A stretch of DNA of 64,000 nucleotides from Gemmatimonadales bacterium (GTDB lineage Bacteria > Gemmatimonadota > Gemmatimonadetes > Gemmatimonadales > GWC2-71-9), in contig JBOHSN010000002.1 of assembly GCA_050733215.1 (NCBI GenBank), positions 3,933-67,932 on the forward strand. The letters run 5' to 3'. Position 1 is the first letter of the stretch. Each line of letters starts with the position of its first letter. The notes below the pieces were generated by a model. That model did not search any database. It was not told where the DNA came from and was given only the letters and a program-made list of their open reading frames with translations. A program made the position numbers and the translations under genes. Below are positions 17,868 to 26,823 of this stretch, piece by piece.

Positions 17868-19271
17868 CTAGACGCCGCTTTCGGCGCACGCCTTGAGCCC
17901 GGCTGCCAGCTCGGCGATCTCCGCCGGGCGACTGTAGTTAGCGCGCTCGACCGCCAGTCCGGCCGTGCCGCAATCGTCCAGGTGGGCCAGCAGCCGCTCC
18001 AGGCGGAAATACCACTCGTTCAACTTGTGGCTCTCGGCAAGACCGAGCGCTTCCTGCCAGGCGGTGCGCGCTCGGACCGCCTGTCCGAAGCGGGCGAGCC
18101 CCAGGCCGACCTTGTAACGGAAGTCCACTGCCATGCTCGGCGGCATCCGGTCGACCAGCTCCCGCGCCGTGGTGCGGTGGCGCTCGAAGGCCAGCCGGTC
18201 GCCTACGGCTGACTCGAGCTCGAGCAACTCGAGCAGCGCGTTGGCGCGGACCATGAAGCTCGTCTGGGACTCCACGACGAGATCGAAGGCGAGCCGCGCT
18301 TCGGCGTAGTGCCCCAGGTCGGAGAGCTGCACGCCGAGGTCGCCGAGAATCCGCGTGCGCGACAGTGGATCGCTCGTCAGCCGGAACGCCTCATAGTTCG
18401 CGAGCAGCGCCTCGATGCGGTAGCCCTGAAGGCCGAGTACCGAAGCGAGGTCGGCGAACGCTCCGCCGCGGACCTCGGTCAGCCCCTGGGCCGTCGCGTC
18501 CCCGATGACCCGTTCCACCGCCTGACGCGCCGCGGGCAGGTTTCCCTGCGCGCGCAGCACGTTGGCGCGGCCGAGTCGCGACCGCAGCGCGGCATTGGCA
18601 TCGCCGGTGGAGAGCGCCGCCTCTTCCGCCGCCTCGTAGGCGCGATTGGCGGCGTCCCACCGTGCCTGCAGGCGATTCAGCCGGCCGGCGAACAACGCCA
18701 CCGCGGTGAACTCGCTTGCGGCCATCACGGTGCCGTGCGTGCGAGCCGCGAGCGCGAGCACTTCCAGCGCCTCCCCTAGACGGCCCTCGTGCTCCAGGAA
18801 ATAGGCGAACGCGGTGAGACCGGTGTGAATCGTGGCGGCGGCCGGCGGGCGGTCGTCGAGGTGGAGCGCGTCCACCAGGCCCAGCAGATGCCGCGACTCC
18901 GCCCGGGAGTCGTCAAGCTCGTCCACGTAGCGGCGGGTGCTTTCGAGCTGCCAGAGGTAGGCCAGGCGATCGTCTTCGCCGCCGTCCAGGGCGAACCGCC
19001 GCTCAGCGAGACGCAGCACCAGATACGCGGCGAGCGCGCAACGCGCTGCGCCGTCGTCCTGGCGCGACCGGTCGTCTCGCGCTCGCTCCAGGAACTGATC
19101 GTACCATCCGGAGCCTGCGCTTGCGGCTGATGAGAAGAGACGCTGCGGCTCGAAGTGGCTCAGCGTATGACTCCCGGGTGCGTTGCCCGAAGGGGGTCGG
19201 GGCAGTCTGGCTAGTATCGCCGGTGGAGCGACCTTGGGCAAGCCCGCAGCATCGTCGAGGCGAAAGTGCAC
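17868..19271 (-). CDS. TPR-repeat protein
   Basis: Helical repeats throughout (..AEARLAFDLVVES.., ..GNLPAARQAVERVIG..). Track ORF 17868..19586 would overlap the divergent pilin gene, so the start is placed at in-frame GTG 19271. The start position is uncertain. Confidence 0.7.
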   Translation of the reverse strand: MHFRLDDAAGLPKVAPPAILARLPRPPSGNAPGSHTLSHFEPQRLFSSAASAGSGWYDQFLERARDDRSRQDDGAARCALAAYLVLRLAERRFALDGGEDDRLAYLWQLESTRRYVDELDDSRAESRHLLGLVDALHLDDRPPAAATIHTGLTAFAYFLEHEGRLGEALEVLALAARTHGTVMAASEFTAVALFAGRLNRLQARWDAANRAYEAAEEAALSTGDANAALRSRLGRANVLRAQGNLPAARQAVERVIGDATAQGLTEVRGGAFADLASVLGLQGYRIEALLANYEAFRLTSDPLSRTRILGDLGVQLSDLGHYAEARLAFDLVVESQTSFMVRANALLELLELESAVGDRLAFERHRTTARELVDRMPPSMAVDFRYKVGLGLARFGQAVRARTAWQEALGLAESHKLNEWYFRLERLLAHLDDCGTAGLAVERANYSRPAEIAELAAGLKACAESGV

Positions 19272-19325
19272 CGTCTTGCGGCGCCGGGATGACGGAGGCG
19301 CATCCGCGGCGCGGTAGGGTAGCGC

Positions 19326-19760
19326 ATGCGCCGTGGCTTTACGTTGCTCGAGCTCGCTCTCGTCATCGCGCTCGCGTCCATCCTCGCGGGATTCGCCCTG
19401 CCGGCGGCGCGGCGTTTCCACGACGCCATCGTGGCCGATCGCGCCGCCCAGGCCATCGTCGCCGGGCACCGCGTGGCACGCTTCTCGGCCATCATGCGCA
19501 GTCGTCGGACGCTGCTCACCGTGCGCGCCGATTCGCTCACGGTGCGGGCGCTCGATGGCGCTGACACGCTCACACTGTGGGTACACCAGGGGCCGGCCGC
19601 GAATGGCGTCACCCTCACCGGCCCCTCGTACTCACTCGTATTTGCCCCCACCGGGCTCCCCATCGGCGTGTCGAACGCAACCTTTCAGCTCGCCCGGGGA
19701 AGCGTCGTCCGTCGCGTGGTCGTTTCGCGCCTCGGCCGCACGCGCATCGTTCGCCGGTGA
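19326..19760 (+). CDS. GspH/FimT-like minor (pseudo)pilin with prepilin N-terminal methylation motif
   Basis: 144 aa. MRRGFTLLELALVIALASILAGFALP is the classic G-FTL(L/I)E class III signal. Confidence 0.85.
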   Translation: MRRGFTLLELALVIALASILAGFALPAARRFHDAIVADRAAQAIVAGHRVARFSAIMRSRRTLLTVRADSLTVRALDGADTLTLWVHQGPAANGVTLTGPSYSLVFAPTGLPIGVSNATFQLARGSVVRRVVVSRLGRTRIVRR

Positions 19761-19803
19761 CGCCGCCACTCCGCGCTTGGCACTCGCCACTTGCCACTCG
19801 GCG

Positions 19804-20175
19804 TCACTCGAGCCGGTACTTTCGAATCTTGTGCAGGAGCGTTGAGCGGGAGATCCCGAGAATGAGCGCCGCCTGGCGGCGGTTTCCGCCGGTATGCTGG
19901 AGGGTCCGGGCAATGTGCCGGCGCTCAGCGGCGTCGAGGGAATCCGGCGGCCCCGGGTTGCCCGGTGCGATGGCGGCGCGAAGCGCGGCGGCGTCGAGGG
20001 GCGGGAGGCGAAGGTCGATCAGCACCGCGTCGAAGCCGGGCGCGGCAAGCGACTCGGCGGCCACCGCGGGATCGTCGGTTTCGAACACCGGCGCTCCCGC
20101 GGCGCGGAGCGGCTCCGACAGCGCGCGCCGGCGCTCCGGATCCGCGGCGAGGACCAGGAGGTGCAAGGAGGGCAT
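19804..20175 (-). CDS. Short receiver-like domain fused to Fis-type HTH (NtrC-like without AAA+ core)
   Basis: 123 aa. LLVLAADPERRR...AVLIDLRLPPLD, then the C-terminal Fis HTH GNRRQAALILGISRSTLLHKIRKY. Confidence 0.8.
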   Translation of the reverse strand: MPSLHLLVLAADPERRRALSEPLRAAGAPVFETDDPAVAAESLAAPGFDAVLIDLRLPPLDAAALRAAIAPGNPGPPDSLDAAERRHIARTLQHTGGNRRQAALILGISRSTLLHKIRKYRLE

Positions 20176-20258
20176 GCCGGGGAAGCTACCGAGCTGGCCG
20201 CCATCCGCTATCCACCGAGCCGGCCCCTGGCTGCGGCCGCCGGGATCTCCGCGAGGCC

Positions 20259-20300
20259 CACAAAGCGAAACGGCCGCTCAGTCGTGGCTGAGCGGCCGTT
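20259..20300 (-). terminator. Strong intrinsic terminator (minus strand)
   Basis: AACGGCCGCTCAG-ccacga-CTGAGCGGCCGTT forms a perfect 13-bp stem, followed on the minus strand by TCGCTTTGTGG. Confidence 0.7.
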
Positions 20301-20710
20301 CCACACACCGACATGCCGCGGACGGGGCTTGGAGGCCGCCGTTCTTCTTCGACCTGCCGCCGCTCGGTTCGTGGACCGACACGGGAAGGCGTGATAGAGC
20401 CTCGGCATCGATTCCCAGGCCGGATGGCCATCCCACCTGGTTCGTCTGTGCGGGCGCTGCGAGTCGGATCGGGTCGCGGACCGACCCTTCGCACTGCTCT
20501 CCGAGGCGCCAGATCGGAGAGGGTGAAGCACGCGACTGGCTCCACCAACCTCGAGGGTGATCACCGGAATCCCCGGACACCGACACTTGCGTGCCTGCGT
20601 CCTCCCCCGATTTGCCCCCTGAGGCTCGCCTGCCGGCGGCAACGCAGCTTACGCCACGCCACCGGTCGACCAGCACCAAGGAAGATACGGGGCCGACAAA
20701 GTGCTGCAAG
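20262..20710 (-). ncRNA. Candidate ~450-nt non-coding transcript or long attenuator leader; family unknown
   Basis: It is bounded by a sigma70-like promoter (20717-20744) and the terminator at 20259-20300. The only long ORF (20278..20754) starts upstream of the predicted TSS, has lower GC3 than real genes here (roughly 70% versus about 90%) and an implausible W/R/S-rich product. Many local hairpins are present (CTCTCCGA..TCGGAGAG, GGGTCG..CGACCC, CCAGG..GGAT-GGCC-ATCC..CCTGG). Confidence 0.4.
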
Positions 20711-20716
20711 TGCCTG

Positions 20717-20744
20717 ATTTTATTCGGGTTATGTCGTTCGTAAA
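20717..20744 (-). promoter_or_regulatory. Sigma70-like promoter
   Basis: The minus strand reads TTTACG-N16-TAAAAT, located in the only AT-rich patch of this intergenic region. Confidence 0.45.
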
Positions 20745-20851
20745 AGCGATCCATGTGGATAAATAAACGGCGGTGGGATCAGCACCTGCGCGCAGCCGTC
20801 AACAGGATGTGGAGATGTGAATTGGGAGTTATCGACAAGCCGGTCGGGGCC

Positions 20852-21463
20852 CTACGACTCCAGCCCCACCTCGATCGAGCGGTAGTTCGGCTCGTCCGCG
20901 GTCGGGCCGAACAGCGCGCCGGCGGCGGTGGCGGCAAACCAGCCCGCCACCAGCGGGCGGGGGGTGTCGAGCTCCCTGATCATGGCGCCGAGCCATCGCC
21001 GGAGGTGGCGGACCTCGGGAGCGCGGCGGCCCAGCAACGCCAGCAGCGCACCCACGCCGGACGTAGCGCGGAGAAAATGGGCCAGGCTGTGGGCCCGCTG
21101 ACTGAACTCGATCGCCTTCACCCCCGGCTCGTCGAACAGCACCGCTCCCTCGAATACGTCCATCGGAGGCGCGTCGAGCCGTGGGCCGAGGTAGACGTAG
21201 CGCCGGCCGTCGGGCCCTTTGCGCTCAATGACAGCCGCCGCCGTATCGCTCGTGAGTCGCGCGGCGTGAAGCAGGTCGTCGTCGGCGAGGATACCGACGG
21301 CGCCGGTCCACTCGAGCGCCGCCAGAGCACTCTCGACTGGGCATCCCAGCGTGTCATCGAACGCCACCAGCCGGGGCGCCTCGCCGGCGCGGAGAATGAA
21401 ATGAGACAGCCCTTCGGCCCGATCGGTGAAGGTGCGCACAACCAGCGTTTGAGGTGCCGACAT
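20852..21463 (-). CDS. Hypothetical protein
   Basis: 203 aa with high GC3 and a balanced composition. I recognised no motifs. Confidence 0.65.
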   Translation of the reverse strand: MSAPQTLVVRTFTDRAEGLSHFILRAGEAPRLVAFDDTLGCPVESALAALEWTGAVGILADDDLLHAARLTSDTAAAVIERKGPDGRRYVYLGPRLDAPPMDVFEGAVLFDEPGVKAIEFSQRAHSLAHFLRATSGVGALLALLGRRAPEVRHLRRWLGAMIRELDTPRPLVAGWFAATAAGALFGPTADEPNYRSIEVGLES

Positions 21464-21538
21464 GGATGAAAGTTACAGCCTCGCTCGCCCGGGCGCGAAT
21501 GCCAGGCTACGTTTCTCCCGATCCATTCGGGAGCGCCC

Positions 21539-22060
21539 GTGCGGGTGCAATGGACGTCGTACCCGTCGCCCATCGGCGCGCTGGTCGTCGTGGAATGCGA
21601 TGCCGGGCCGCTGGCTGTCGAGTTTCCGCACCGGGCCGGGCGGATCCGGTGGGCCGTGCGCTTCCGCTCAGCGTTGCCTGAACTCCACATTACGCAGGGC
21701 GCCTGCCCCATCACCACGGCCTGGCTGGACGCCTATTTCGCAGGCCAACCGCTGCGGTTCGCGTTTCCGCGCCACCTCCGCGACTGGTTCGATCTCTCGC
21801 CAGCGCAGCTCGCCGTCTATCGGGCGCTCCGGAAGATCCGGTTCGGCGAAACCCGCTCCTACGACGACGTCGCGCGCAGCACCGCGCTCCACCCGCGGCA
21901 GATCGGCTGGCTCACCGCCGCGAACCATCTTGCCATTCTGGTGCCCTGTCACCGCGTGGTCGGCAAGGATGGGGCGCTCGTGGGCTATAGCGGCGGCCTC
22001 GAGGCCAAGCGCTGGCTCCTGGCCCACGAGTCGAGGAAGGCCGGCGTGGTGCTGCGGTAG
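21539..22060 (+). CDS. ogt: Methylated-DNA--protein-cysteine methyltransferase
   Basis: 173 aa with the active-site PCHRVV and upstream helix-turn-wing (YRALRKIRFGETRSYDDVA). Confidence 0.9.
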   Translation: MRVQWTSYPSPIGALVVVECDAGPLAVEFPHRAGRIRWAVRFRSALPELHITQGACPITTAWLDAYFAGQPLRFAFPRHLRDWFDLSPAQLAVYRALRKIRFGETRSYDDVARSTALHPRQIGWLTAANHLAILVPCHRVVGKDGALVGYSGGLEAKRWLLAHESRKAGVVLR

Positions 22061-22156
22061 GGGCTCGCCAGGCCCATCCTTTACTTGACAAACCCAAGAC
22101 TGGGCGGAACCTTATCGGCATGTTCTGCCGTTCCATCTTCACCTGACGACCAAATG

Positions 22157-22190
22157 AGCCGTTCGGAGCCTGCCTCCGAGCGGCTTTTTT
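22157..22190 (+). terminator. Intrinsic terminator (ogt terminator, or attenuator in the csp leader)
   Basis: AGCCGTTCGGAG-cctgc-CTCCGAGCGGCT forms a 12-bp stem with one G-U pair, followed by TTTTT. Confidence 0.7.
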
Positions 22191-22260
22191 GCGGCTCGAC
22201 CACAAGGGCCGGGCCGTCTCCCGGGGCCAACCGCCCCCCTGTTCCCACGAGGTTGGTGCA

Positions 22261-22461
22261 ATGGCGAAGGGCACGGTGAAGTGGTTCAACGACGCGAAGG
22301 GGTTCGGGTTCATCGCGCAGGATGGGGGCAAGGACGTGTTCGTGCACCACACGGCCATCATGGCGGAGGGATTCCGCTCGCTGGCCGAGGGCGATCACGT
22401 GGAGTTCGAAATCGTCGAGGGCCCGAAGGGACTCCAGGCGGCCAACGTCCGCAAAGCATAG
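22261..22461 (+). CDS. cspA: Cold-shock protein (CspA family)
   Basis: [33 protein letters not shown] carries the RNP1/RNP2 motifs. 66 aa. Confidence 0.95.
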   Translation: MAKGTVKWFNDAKGFGFIAQDGGKDVFVHHTAIMAEGFRSLAEGDHVEFEIVEGPKGLQAANVRKA

Positions 22462-22482
22462 CGAACAGGGGCGCGAGCAGGC

Positions 22483-22530
22483 GGGCCGGCGGAAAGCACC
22501 CCCTTCCGCCGGCCCGTTCCTTTGCAGGCT
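22483..22530 (+). terminator. Intrinsic terminator after cspA
   Basis: GGGCCGGCGGAA-agcaccccc-TTCCGCCGGCCC forms a 12-bp stem, followed by a T-rich tail GTTCCTTTGCAGGCTTGTTTCTT. Confidence 0.7.
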
Positions 22531-22581
22531 TGTTTCTTGCCCCACTTTCCCGCTACCCGTACCGAGCCAGGTTCCAGCCCT

Positions 22582-23139
22582 ATGCCGATCCGCGTTCGTT
22601 TCGCCCCGGCGCTCGCCGCCGCACTGCTCGCGATCCCCTGCGCCGTCTTCGCGCAGACGGCCGCGGTGGACACGTCCGCCCTGTCGTTTCACGGCTTCCG
22701 GGCGGGCGCCCAGCTCGGGGAAATCGCGCAGCATGTCGCACGGCTCGATGGGGGCCGGCTTCGCTGCGAGCGCGCCAAGGCCGATCGCCGCGTGACCGAA
22801 TGCCGCAGCCTGCTCACGGCCCCGGAGCTCGGCGGTCCGGTCGAGCTCTGGGTGTCCGCAGTGGACAGCGTATCGGGAGTGCTCACCATCTCGGGCGAGG
22901 TCGCGGCCGACCAGCTCGATGCGTGGCGGCGGCACCTCGAGACCAGCTACGGACGGGTGGGCGCGAAGGTGCAGGGGCCGCAGTGGATGATGCAGTGGGT
23001 CCGGCAGAGCCGCATGATCCGCCTTACCTGGCGGATAGACGCGTCCGGGAAGGTGGCGTCGGTCTCGCTGGTGGACGGGCGGGTGCTCGACGCCTGGGGG
23101 CGGGAGCGCGCCCGCCGCGCGGCGGCCCGCTCATCGTAG
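22582..23139 (+). CDS. Secreted hypothetical protein
   Basis: Internal ATG at 22582 gives MPIRVRFAPALAAALLAIPCAVFAQT (signal peptide). Confidence 0.7.
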   Translation: MPIRVRFAPALAAALLAIPCAVFAQTAAVDTSALSFHGFRAGAQLGEIAQHVARLDGGRLRCERAKADRRVTECRSLLTAPELGGPVELWVSAVDSVSGVLTISGEVAADQLDAWRRHLETSYGRVGAKVQGPQWMMQWVRQSRMIRLTWRIDASGKVASVSLVDGRVLDAWGRERARRAAARSS

Positions 23140-23421
23140 CCGCACCACAAAGCTTCCTTCGGAGTCCTCGAGCGCGAAGTCCGCGACGACCTGCCCGCCG
23201 TCCCGCAGGGTCCTGAGCAGCGTGCGGGTGCGCGTCCGGACCGGCGCGCCGCCCCCGCCGCGTCCGCGTCCGGTGATCAGCCGGACGACGCCGCCCGGAC
23301 GGGCCTTGGCCTGCACCCGGAGGAATTGCTCCGCGCGGGTCACGGCCTCGAGCACCGTGAGACCGTGCAGGTCGAATGTCGCGTCAGCGGGCTTCTCGGT
23401 CCAATCGAGCATGCGGGGCAT
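23131..23421 (-). CDS. Smr-domain protein
   Basis: 96 aa. FDLHGLTVLEAVTRAEQFLR...VRLITGRG matches the Smr pattern. Confidence 0.8.
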   Translation of the reverse strand: MPRMLDWTEKPADATFDLHGLTVLEAVTRAEQFLRVQAKARPGGVVRLITGRGRGGGGAPVRTRTRTLLRTLRDGGQVVADFALEDSEGSFVVRLR

Positions 23422-23478
23422 TGCCTTCGTTTTGGCGCGCGCCTAACCTTGACATCCTTGCGCATATCCCACTCCGCA

Positions 23479-24627
23479 GTGACGCACCGATCCCGTCGGT
23501 CTCTGCGCCGAGCGGCCAGCGTGCTCGCGCTCGGCGCCGGACTGCTTTCCGCCGGCTGCGACCGGTCCCAATCGGGCCCGGTCCGCATCGGGCTCGCGGG
23601 TCCGTTCACCGATCCGGTCGGCGTGCCGATGAAGCTGGCCGCCGAGTTGGCGGTGGAAGAGATCAACGCCCACGGCGGTGTCGGCGGCCGCCCGATCGAG
23701 CTGCTCCCGCGCGACGACTTCGCCAATCCGGATTCCGCCGTCTACGTCGCCACCGATCTGAAGAGCGCCGGCGCCGCCGTGGTCATCGGGCACCTCTGGT
23801 CGGGCACCACGCTCGCGGCGGCGCCCGTGTACAATGGCGGCGACGATGCCGTGGCCGCGATCTCGCCGTCGTCCTCGGCACCGACCGTCAGTAACGCCGG
23901 ACCCTGGACCTTCCGGATGTGCCCCAGCGACCTCGAGCACGGCGCGGCCCTCGCCCGCTGGATCAGGAACCAGCTGGGGCTCGAGCGCGGCGCGGTGCTG
24001 TATCTCAACGATGAATACGGCCGCGGCGTGCGGCAGACCTTCGCGCTCGAGTTCGCCCGATTGCGCGGCGAGCTCGTGGCGATCGATCCGTATCTCGGTG
24101 ACAGCCCCGAGGTCGGCACCTACCTCGACCGCCTCGCGAAGCAGGGCGGCATCCAGTTCCTCGTCGTGGCCGGCAACCGTGGTGAGGCCGAAGTGATCCT
24201 CCGCGAGGCCCGCCGCCGCAACCTGACCGCCCCGGTGCTCGGGGCCGACGGTCTCGAAGGCATCGAGGCCATCGGCCCGCTCGCCGAAGGAGTCTACATC
24301 TCCCAGGCCTATCTGCCCACGCTCGATAACCGCGCCAATCGGCGCTTCGTCGAAGCGTGGCGGCGCAAGTATCCGGATGCGGGCCTGCCCACGCAACCGG
24401 CGGCCGCCACCTACGACGCGGTGTACCTTCTGCGCGACGTGATCGCGCGCTCCGGCACCGACCGGCAGGCGGTGCGCGACGAATTGGCGCGGGTGGGAAG
24501 TACGGCGCCCGCGTTCGCGGGCGCCACCGGCCGCGTCGCGTTTGACTCGCTGGGCGACGTGCCAGGCAGCGAAGTGCATATGGCCGTGGTGCACGGCGGT
24601 ACGGTCGTGCCGGCCGAGGCGCGATGA
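23479..24627 (+). CDS. Periplasmic binding protein, LivK/branched-chain-amino-acid type (lipoprotein)
   Basis: A GTG at 23479 gives [27 protein letters not shown] (lipobox), then [12 protein letters not shown]...[10 protein letters not shown], typical of type-1 PBPs. The start codon choice is uncertain. Confidence 0.8.
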   Translation: MTHRSRRSLRRAASVLALGAGLLSAGCDRSQSGPVRIGLAGPFTDPVGVPMKLAAELAVEEINAHGGVGGRPIELLPRDDFANPDSAVYVATDLKSAGAAVVIGHLWSGTTLAAAPVYNGGDDAVAAISPSSSAPTVSNAGPWTFRMCPSDLEHGAALARWIRNQLGLERGAVLYLNDEYGRGVRQTFALEFARLRGELVAIDPYLGDSPEVGTYLDRLAKQGGIQFLVVAGNRGEAEVILREARRRNLTAPVLGADGLEGIEAIGPLAEGVYISQAYLPTLDNRANRRFVEAWRRKYPDAGLPTQPAAATYDAVYLLRDVIARSGTDRQAVRDELARVGSTAPAFAGATGRVAFDSLGDVPGSEVHMAVVHGGTVVPAEAR

Positions 24628-26318
24628 GGCTGCTCGGAAGCATCGAGCGCCGCCTCTGGATCGGCATGGGGGCGCTCGGCGTCGTGGTCTCCCTGCTCGC
24701 CCTGCTCGCGCTCTCGACCATCCGGGATCTCGACCGCTCGATCAACGAGGAGCTCGGCCTGCTGCTGAGCACCGCCTCGCTCAGCAACGGGCTGGTCGCC
24801 TCGGCCGCCTCGGAAATCCGGGCCGCCGAGCAGTACCTCGGGCTGCCGTCCCCCGCGGCGCGCACCGCGTTCCTGCGCGCGGGCGATTCCGCGTACGCGT
24901 TCCAGCGCCGTTACCGCGATCTCGCTTTGCTCACCACCTCCGACCGCTACATCGTCAATCGGATCGGTGAGACCCAGGCCCGGCTCGAGGTCGCCTACGC
25001 GCAGGCACACGCGCTGACCGACCTCGGGCGGCGCGAGGAGGCGCGCGCGCTCGCGACCCGCACCGCGCCGGCGGCCGACACCCTCGTGGCCGACGTGCAG
25101 GCGCTGACCCTGGCGCAGACCAACCGCTCGACCACCCGGGCGGAGGAGCTGAAGGAAGCCGCCGCCGAGCGGCGTAACCTCATGTGGCTCGGCTTCGTGC
25201 TCGCCGTCTCCATCGCCGTCGTCGTGGCGTTCACCACCCAGCGGGCGATCAAGCTCCCGTTGCTGCGGTTGATCGGCGCGGCGGACCGGTTCGGCGCCGG
25301 CGATCTCCGCCCGGTCAAGCTGGGCGCCATGCCGGACGAGCTCGACCGGCTGGCGACCGCGATGGACGACATGGGCGCCCGGCTCCGGATGATCGTGGGA
25401 TCCGTGGTCAAGGAAGCCAACCAGATCAGCACCAGCGCGAGCGACTTCTCCGCCATGAGCGAGGAGCTTGCCGCGTCGAGCGGCGAGATCTCCACCGCGA
25501 TGGTGCGCATGTCGTCGAGCGTCGAAAATCAGGTGGGTGGCATGCGGGAGGCGGACGAGCTGCTGCTCACGCTTCGCCGCACCGCGGAGAGCAACGCCGA
25601 CGCCGCCGGCCGGGTCGTCGCCCTCGGCGACAAGATCCGGGACCTCGCGGGTCATCACCAGGCCGACGTGCGAGCCGCCGGCGATACGCTGCTGAGCGTC
25701 CGCGAGGTGGTCCAGACGTCGGCAGGCCAGGTGCAGCACCTGGCCCGACTCTCCGAGCCGATCACGGACTTCATCGATCTCATCAAACAGATCTCGTCGC
25801 AGACCAATCTGCTCGCGCTCAATGCCGCGATCGAAGCCGCCCGTGCGGGCGAGCACGGTCGCGGATTCGCGGTCGTGGCCGAGGAAGTACGCCGGCTCGC
25901 CGACTCCAGCGCCGCCGCCGCGGAAGACGTGGCGAAGACAGTCGAGTTCATCCGCACCCAGGTGCGGGATGTCTCCGCGACCATGGAAGACGGCTCGGCG
26001 CGGGTGAGCGGCGTCGAAGGGGTCGCCGCGGCGGCGGCGGGCGGACTCGAGGAGATCGCCGCCGCCATCGAGGAGGTCAGTGCGGCGGCGGCGGTCGTCG
26101 CGACGGAAGCGGCGCAGAACCGGCGGATCGTGGACGAGGTGGGCCGAAAGACGTCGGCGACCAGCCTGACCGCGACCGAACATGCATCGATGAGCGAGGA
26201 AGTGTCGGCCGCTGCCGAGGAGCAGAGCGCGTCTACCGAAGAGATGGCGTCCGCCGCGGCGGACCTGCTCCAGCGCGCCAACCGGCTCTCGGCCATGATG
26301 GCCGAGTTCCGGACTTAG
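24624..26318 (+). CDS. Methyl-accepting chemotaxis protein (4-helix-bundle sensor, HAMP, MA domain)
   Basis: 564 aa with two TM helices, a HAMP domain ([17 protein letters not shown]) and the signalling hairpin [34 protein letters not shown]. Its ATG overlaps the stop of the PBP gene (ATGA). Confidence 0.92.
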   Translation: MRLLGSIERRLWIGMGALGVVVSLLALLALSTIRDLDRSINEELGLLLSTASLSNGLVASAASEIRAAEQYLGLPSPAARTAFLRAGDSAYAFQRRYRDLALLTTSDRYIVNRIGETQARLEVAYAQAHALTDLGRREEARALATRTAPAADTLVADVQALTLAQTNRSTTRAEELKEAAAERRNLMWLGFVLAVSIAVVVAFTTQRAIKLPLLRLIGAADRFGAGDLRPVKLGAMPDELDRLATAMDDMGARLRMIVGSVVKEANQISTSASDFSAMSEELAASSGEISTAMVRMSSSVENQVGGMREADELLLTLRRTAESNADAAGRVVALGDKIRDLAGHHQADVRAAGDTLLSVREVVQTSAGQVQHLARLSEPITDFIDLIKQISSQTNLLALNAAIEAARAGEHGRGFAVVAEEVRRLADSSAAAAEDVAKTVEFIRTQVRDVSATMEDGSARVSGVEGVAAAAAGGLEEIAAAIEEVSAAAAVVATEAAQNRRIVDEVGRKTSATSLTATEHASMSEEVSAAAEEQSASTEEMASAAADLLQRANRLSAMMAEFRT

Positions 26319-26815
26319 CGCTTACGGCCCGTTTTCGCGGCCTTTCGGACCGACTTCACCGACTTCACGGACTTCACCGGCTTGGCCTTGGTCCGCGCCT
26401 TCTGAGCCTTGGCGCGATCGGCGGCGCGGTCCGCCCGCTTCCGCTCGGCCTCGTGCACGTCGGCCAGGAGGCGATCGCCCTCATCCTGGGCCATCAGGCC
26501 CCGCCGCGTGGCGTACTTCACCAGCTCGTCCGCGTCGGCCACCGCGAACTCGCCGATGCGCGCCGCCGCCCGAATGGTGTTGACCAGGGCGTCGGCGACT
26601 GGGCTCCGCAGCACGTTGGCGATGCCCGGAAGGGTCTCGAGAAGGGTCGAGATCTGTGAGCCGCCAAGCTCCGACACCACGGGCTCTCCTGCGTTGGGCA
26701 CGGCGCCAGGCGGTGGATCCGCCGGACGGACTTGCGGCGGCAACGTATCATGGGGGGTGGGCGTCGTCAAGCAAACGACGCCACCACTATCGACACGTGA
26801 GTAGTAGTAAGCCAT
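26315..26815 (-). CDS. Hypothetical protein with Lys-rich histone-H1-like tail
   Basis: 166 aa. The C-terminus is [31 protein letters not shown], encoded partly by 3 tandem 9-mers (26352-26378). The start is uncertain. Confidence 0.6.
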   Translation of the reverse strand: MAYYYSRVDSGGVVCLTTPTPHDTLPPQVRPADPPPGAVPNAGEPVVSELGGSQISTLLETLPGIANVLRSPVADALVNTIRAAARIGEFAVADADELVKYATRRGLMAQDEGDRLLADVHEAERKRADRAADRAKAQKARTKAKPVKSVKSVKSVRKAAKTGRKR

Positions 26816-26823
26816 ACCACGAC

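Noticed and set aside
20278-20754. 158-aa minus-strand ORF spanning the long intergenic region
   Set aside because: It starts upstream of the predicted TSS. Its GC3 is clearly below that of real genes here. The product is W/R/S/G-rich and implausible, and its stop falls inside the terminator loop. I treat the region as non-coding but flagged it as a finding.
24411-26183. 590-aa minus-strand ORF, and 25184..26659 on the plus strand
   Set aside because: These are shadows of the chemoreceptor gene, with low-complexity Arg/Gly-rich products.
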